Assembly: GCA_030704615.1 (NCBI GenBank)
Contig: CM060731.1
Coordinates: 87,544,001-87,608,000 of the forward strand
DNA length: 64,000 bases
DNA from: Takakia lepidozioides
Lineage: Eukaryota; Plantae; Bryophyta
Reading direction: 5' to 3'
A model generated the notes under the pieces. It was not told where the DNA came from. It searched no databases and saw only the letters and a program-made list of their open reading frames with translations. The translations under genes were made by a program, and so were the position numbers. Below are positions 61,324-64,000 of this stretch, piece by piece (positions within the stretch are counted from its first letter, which is position 1; each line of letters starts with the position of its first letter).

Positions 61324-63539
61324 TTATGATCCTTTCTTCACCTGCAATAACGAATGCTCCAGGACACCAATTCTCACTTCCATTTCTTGCAACTCAACCT
61401 ACACAAAGAAACCTCCGTATTTTGAAATGATTTGTAATCCGACGATTTTTTGAAGAAGATCCTCTTGTTAGTAGCTCAGCACTAAGTGCCACCCTGAGTG
61501 TTAGTCTTGCTAACTACACCTAATATAACATTTAATGTGGGCCACACTAATTAGCAAAGATCAATTTTGAAGGCTTACACAAGTGTTATTAGTGTGGGCC
61601 ACACTAATTTAACACCCAAACTAATATATGTATATTATAATCAGTGTGGCCTATACTCATTTGGGGAGCTCAAAATTAGTGTGGGCAATATGTATTTTAA
61701 ATTGTGTTTTAAATCTTTAATATATTATCCCCTTCTTTTCCAAATTTAAATCAATGGGGCGGTTATTCTTTGACACATAAGGGGTATTTTCCAAACGTTA
61801 TTTGCGTATGTTTGAGTTTTTGATTTGCCCACTTCTTTTGATATCAATGGGATGGTTATTCTTTATATATACCACATAAGACTTAGTGGAAGGTGTTGGG
61901 TCACATGGGTCTTCGGATTTGGCATTTTCAAAAACTTGATTACAAGCCCGAGGAAAAACCCCGATTGATTAAAGTCCAAAAAACCAAAAAAATAAAATAA
62001 AATGAGGAACAGGGTAGGCTGACTTGAGGGGCTGAAGCATGATGCTTGAGCGCAAAGAACCCCACAAAACAAATTGGAAGTACAAAATCTCTTTGTCCAA
62101 CATTTGTGAATAAGGTTATTTCAGGCGCGATCCTAATAACAGACTCCAATAGAAAGTAAAAAAAATGTTGAGGAATGGAACAACACGAGACTGAAGCACT
62201 CAAAAACTACACAAAACAAATTGAAGTAGAATTGTGACCTATTGCTCCCAAGTTTCATTTTAAGACAAAAACAATTAAGATATAGAAAAGTTTTTTTGGC
62301 CAATATTAATTAATGAGGTTATCTCATGCAAAATCTCTGGTCTTTCATTTATTTATTTATATCCACAGTAATTTGAAAAAAAGAAAAACTTGGAAACACA
62401 CCTATTAATGTGGCCCACATTAATCTACCACGGGCACACTAATTGGGGACCCACACTAGATGTTGTATTTGGTGTAGTTGTGTGTGATATTTTTTCCCCC
62501 TTGGGCAGTGCTCAACACCCACGGCAAGGGTAGCTTTTCCTCACATTGTAAGTAAGGAGCTTGATTTTTAAGGGTTGTGCCCCACTGATGTTTCTCTTTT
62601 TCTTAAATTCAGTGTAATGAATGGCTTACAATGGATCACCCAATGATTGTTGCTATGCAACTAGTCATGTCACAAATATGACAAGACACGCACCCGCACA
62701 CCCAGACACATTCTTTATGATTGTTTGTCATGGATGCTAAAACAGTGCATGCAACAAAGACCTTTAGTTTTTGAATGGTAGACTTGATTTGAACAAGAGG
62801 AGATAAATCAGAGATGACATTGCCTTTCTCAACCATTAGTTGCTGCACACACACACACACACACACGTATAGGGTCAAGGGTAGATTTCATTGTAAGCAT
62901 AATCATGGATGGACACGAGTTTTTTTGGTGAAAAGTATGTGTGGCCTCGTCTTAATGAGGCCACAAGGGGCAGAGGCGACAGTGACCTGACAGCGGGCCC
63001 CACTACATTTAAACCCTCCATATTGCTATATTTTTGTTGTATTTTTAGTAAACGATTGGAGTGTGGCAAGAATTCGGGATGTAGCTTGGTGGAAGGATAA
63101 TGCTGATGTTGTCACGGGGTTGGAGGGTTCAATCCTAAATAGGCTGGTCTGTGCTGATATTAACTATCTCCATGGAGGTAGTTTGTCTTTATTTGCATGA
63201 AGGTAGTTCATCACGTTTTTACAATTACCTTCATGCAGGTAGTTACATGACTTTGTGCATGAAGGTAGTCATATATTTTCTAAGCCAAAAAAATTCTAAG
63301 TCCTCGAGGCATGTAGGTAGTTGGAGCCTATGTTAGTGAGGTGGCGGGCCCCACTGCCCAACCAGCCTCATTACGAGGAGGCCACATAAAATTCAGAGGC
63401 GTTTAAACTTCTAGATGGAATAGTAGAGGGCATTGGGAAAGTATATATGTAACGAAACCTTGACTTGCTCAAGCTGTTCAAAGACATGCGCCAGGTCATT
63501 GGTCAACTCCGTCACTCTTTCTAGACTCGTGTTGTATCT
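61324..63539 (-). CDS. IFT57: Intraflagellar transport protein 57-like, last three exons (63459-63539, 62762-62842, 61324-61398); gene continues beyond the right edge
   Basis: Clean phase-0 AG/GT junctions splice to RYNTSLERVTELTNDLAHVFEQLEQVK-QLMVEKGNVISDLSPLVQIKSTIQKLK-VELQEMEVRIGVLEHSLLQVKKGS*, matching the IFT57 C-terminal signature (D..PLV.IK..L.KLK.E...M..RIG..EH.LLQ). Confidence 0.85.
61512..62479. mobile_element. Intronic non-autonomous TIR element
   Basis: AACTACACCTAATATAACATTTAATGTGGG versus the reverse complement of the right end, AACTACACCAAATACAACATCTAGTGTGGG; subterminal GTGGGCCACACTAATT repeats. Confidence 0.55.
62938..63388. mobile_element. Intronic MITE-like inverted-repeat element
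   Basis: TGTGGCCTCGTCTTAATGAGGC and GCCTCATTACGAGGAGGCCACA; GCGGGCCCCAC in both arms. Confidence 0.5.
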
Positions 63540-64000
63540 CTACATCCACCATATATTTAAATATATATAAGTAAAAGAACTACACCTTGAAAATTAATTT
63601 TGGTTGGTTGTAGTCCATATGTTAAGGTCTTCACATCCACAACATGTCTATAAAGTATACATTGATTAAAGAGTAATGGACAAAGTATAGAGGTCGGATG
63701 TATTTTTTAGGAGGGGATTCAATGGAGATGAATTTGAGATGGGTGAATTTGGTGGAGGAGTTGCATGACACATTTGTGTAATATATTTATATGCTTGGGT
63801 GCAAGGGGAGAGATGGTGTTAACCTCATGGATATCCAAGAGTCGTGCTTTAATAGTCGCATATTCCATGGCCTGTAGTACAAATTAATGAGATTTATGTA
63901 AAACTTCATACTTATTGCATTTTGTCAAGTTCCAATAAACAAATGCCCAAGTAAACATAAGATTTTTATTTTATATCAAATTACTGGATATTATTACACA

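Overview
Eukaryotic (land-plant) nuclear DNA, mostly nested transposable elements. The host probably has flagellated sperm: the last three exons of an IFT57-like gene lie at 61324-63539 (-), and a PLS-class PPR pseudogene is present. Main components: (i) chromovirus Ty3/Gypsy family A, with one full-length copy (3933-10917, TSD CTGGC, inserted in the PPR pseudogene), one split and 3'-truncated copy (16350-19508 plus 45299-47175, -) and one deleted relative (57427-59425); (ii) non-chromovirus Ty3/Gypsy family B with an extra ORF before gag and a long 3' extra region (full copy 19509-45298, TSD GTTGC; partial copies at 1-2894, 47520-47942 and ~51040-56476); (iii) a 12.6-kb Mutator-like DNA transposon (22334-34914, 9-bp TSD GTTTGTGAG) inside the gag of B. 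This MULE is the most notable feature. It carries a decayed DDE/SWIM transposase and a divergently transcribed, intron-rich cargo gene that appears to fuse a ParB/Srx-like DGNHR domain to a bacterial-type beta-class amino (N4C/N6A) DNA methyltransferase-like domain. Its non-coding DNA is packed with the palindrome GGAAATTCGGCGCCGAATTTCC, and related elements in the window carry co-varied versions of it. Also present: Copia fragments, several MITEs, a tRNA-like SINE and an isolated RPL35 exon fragment. All protein calls come from motif recognition by eye; no database searches were run.
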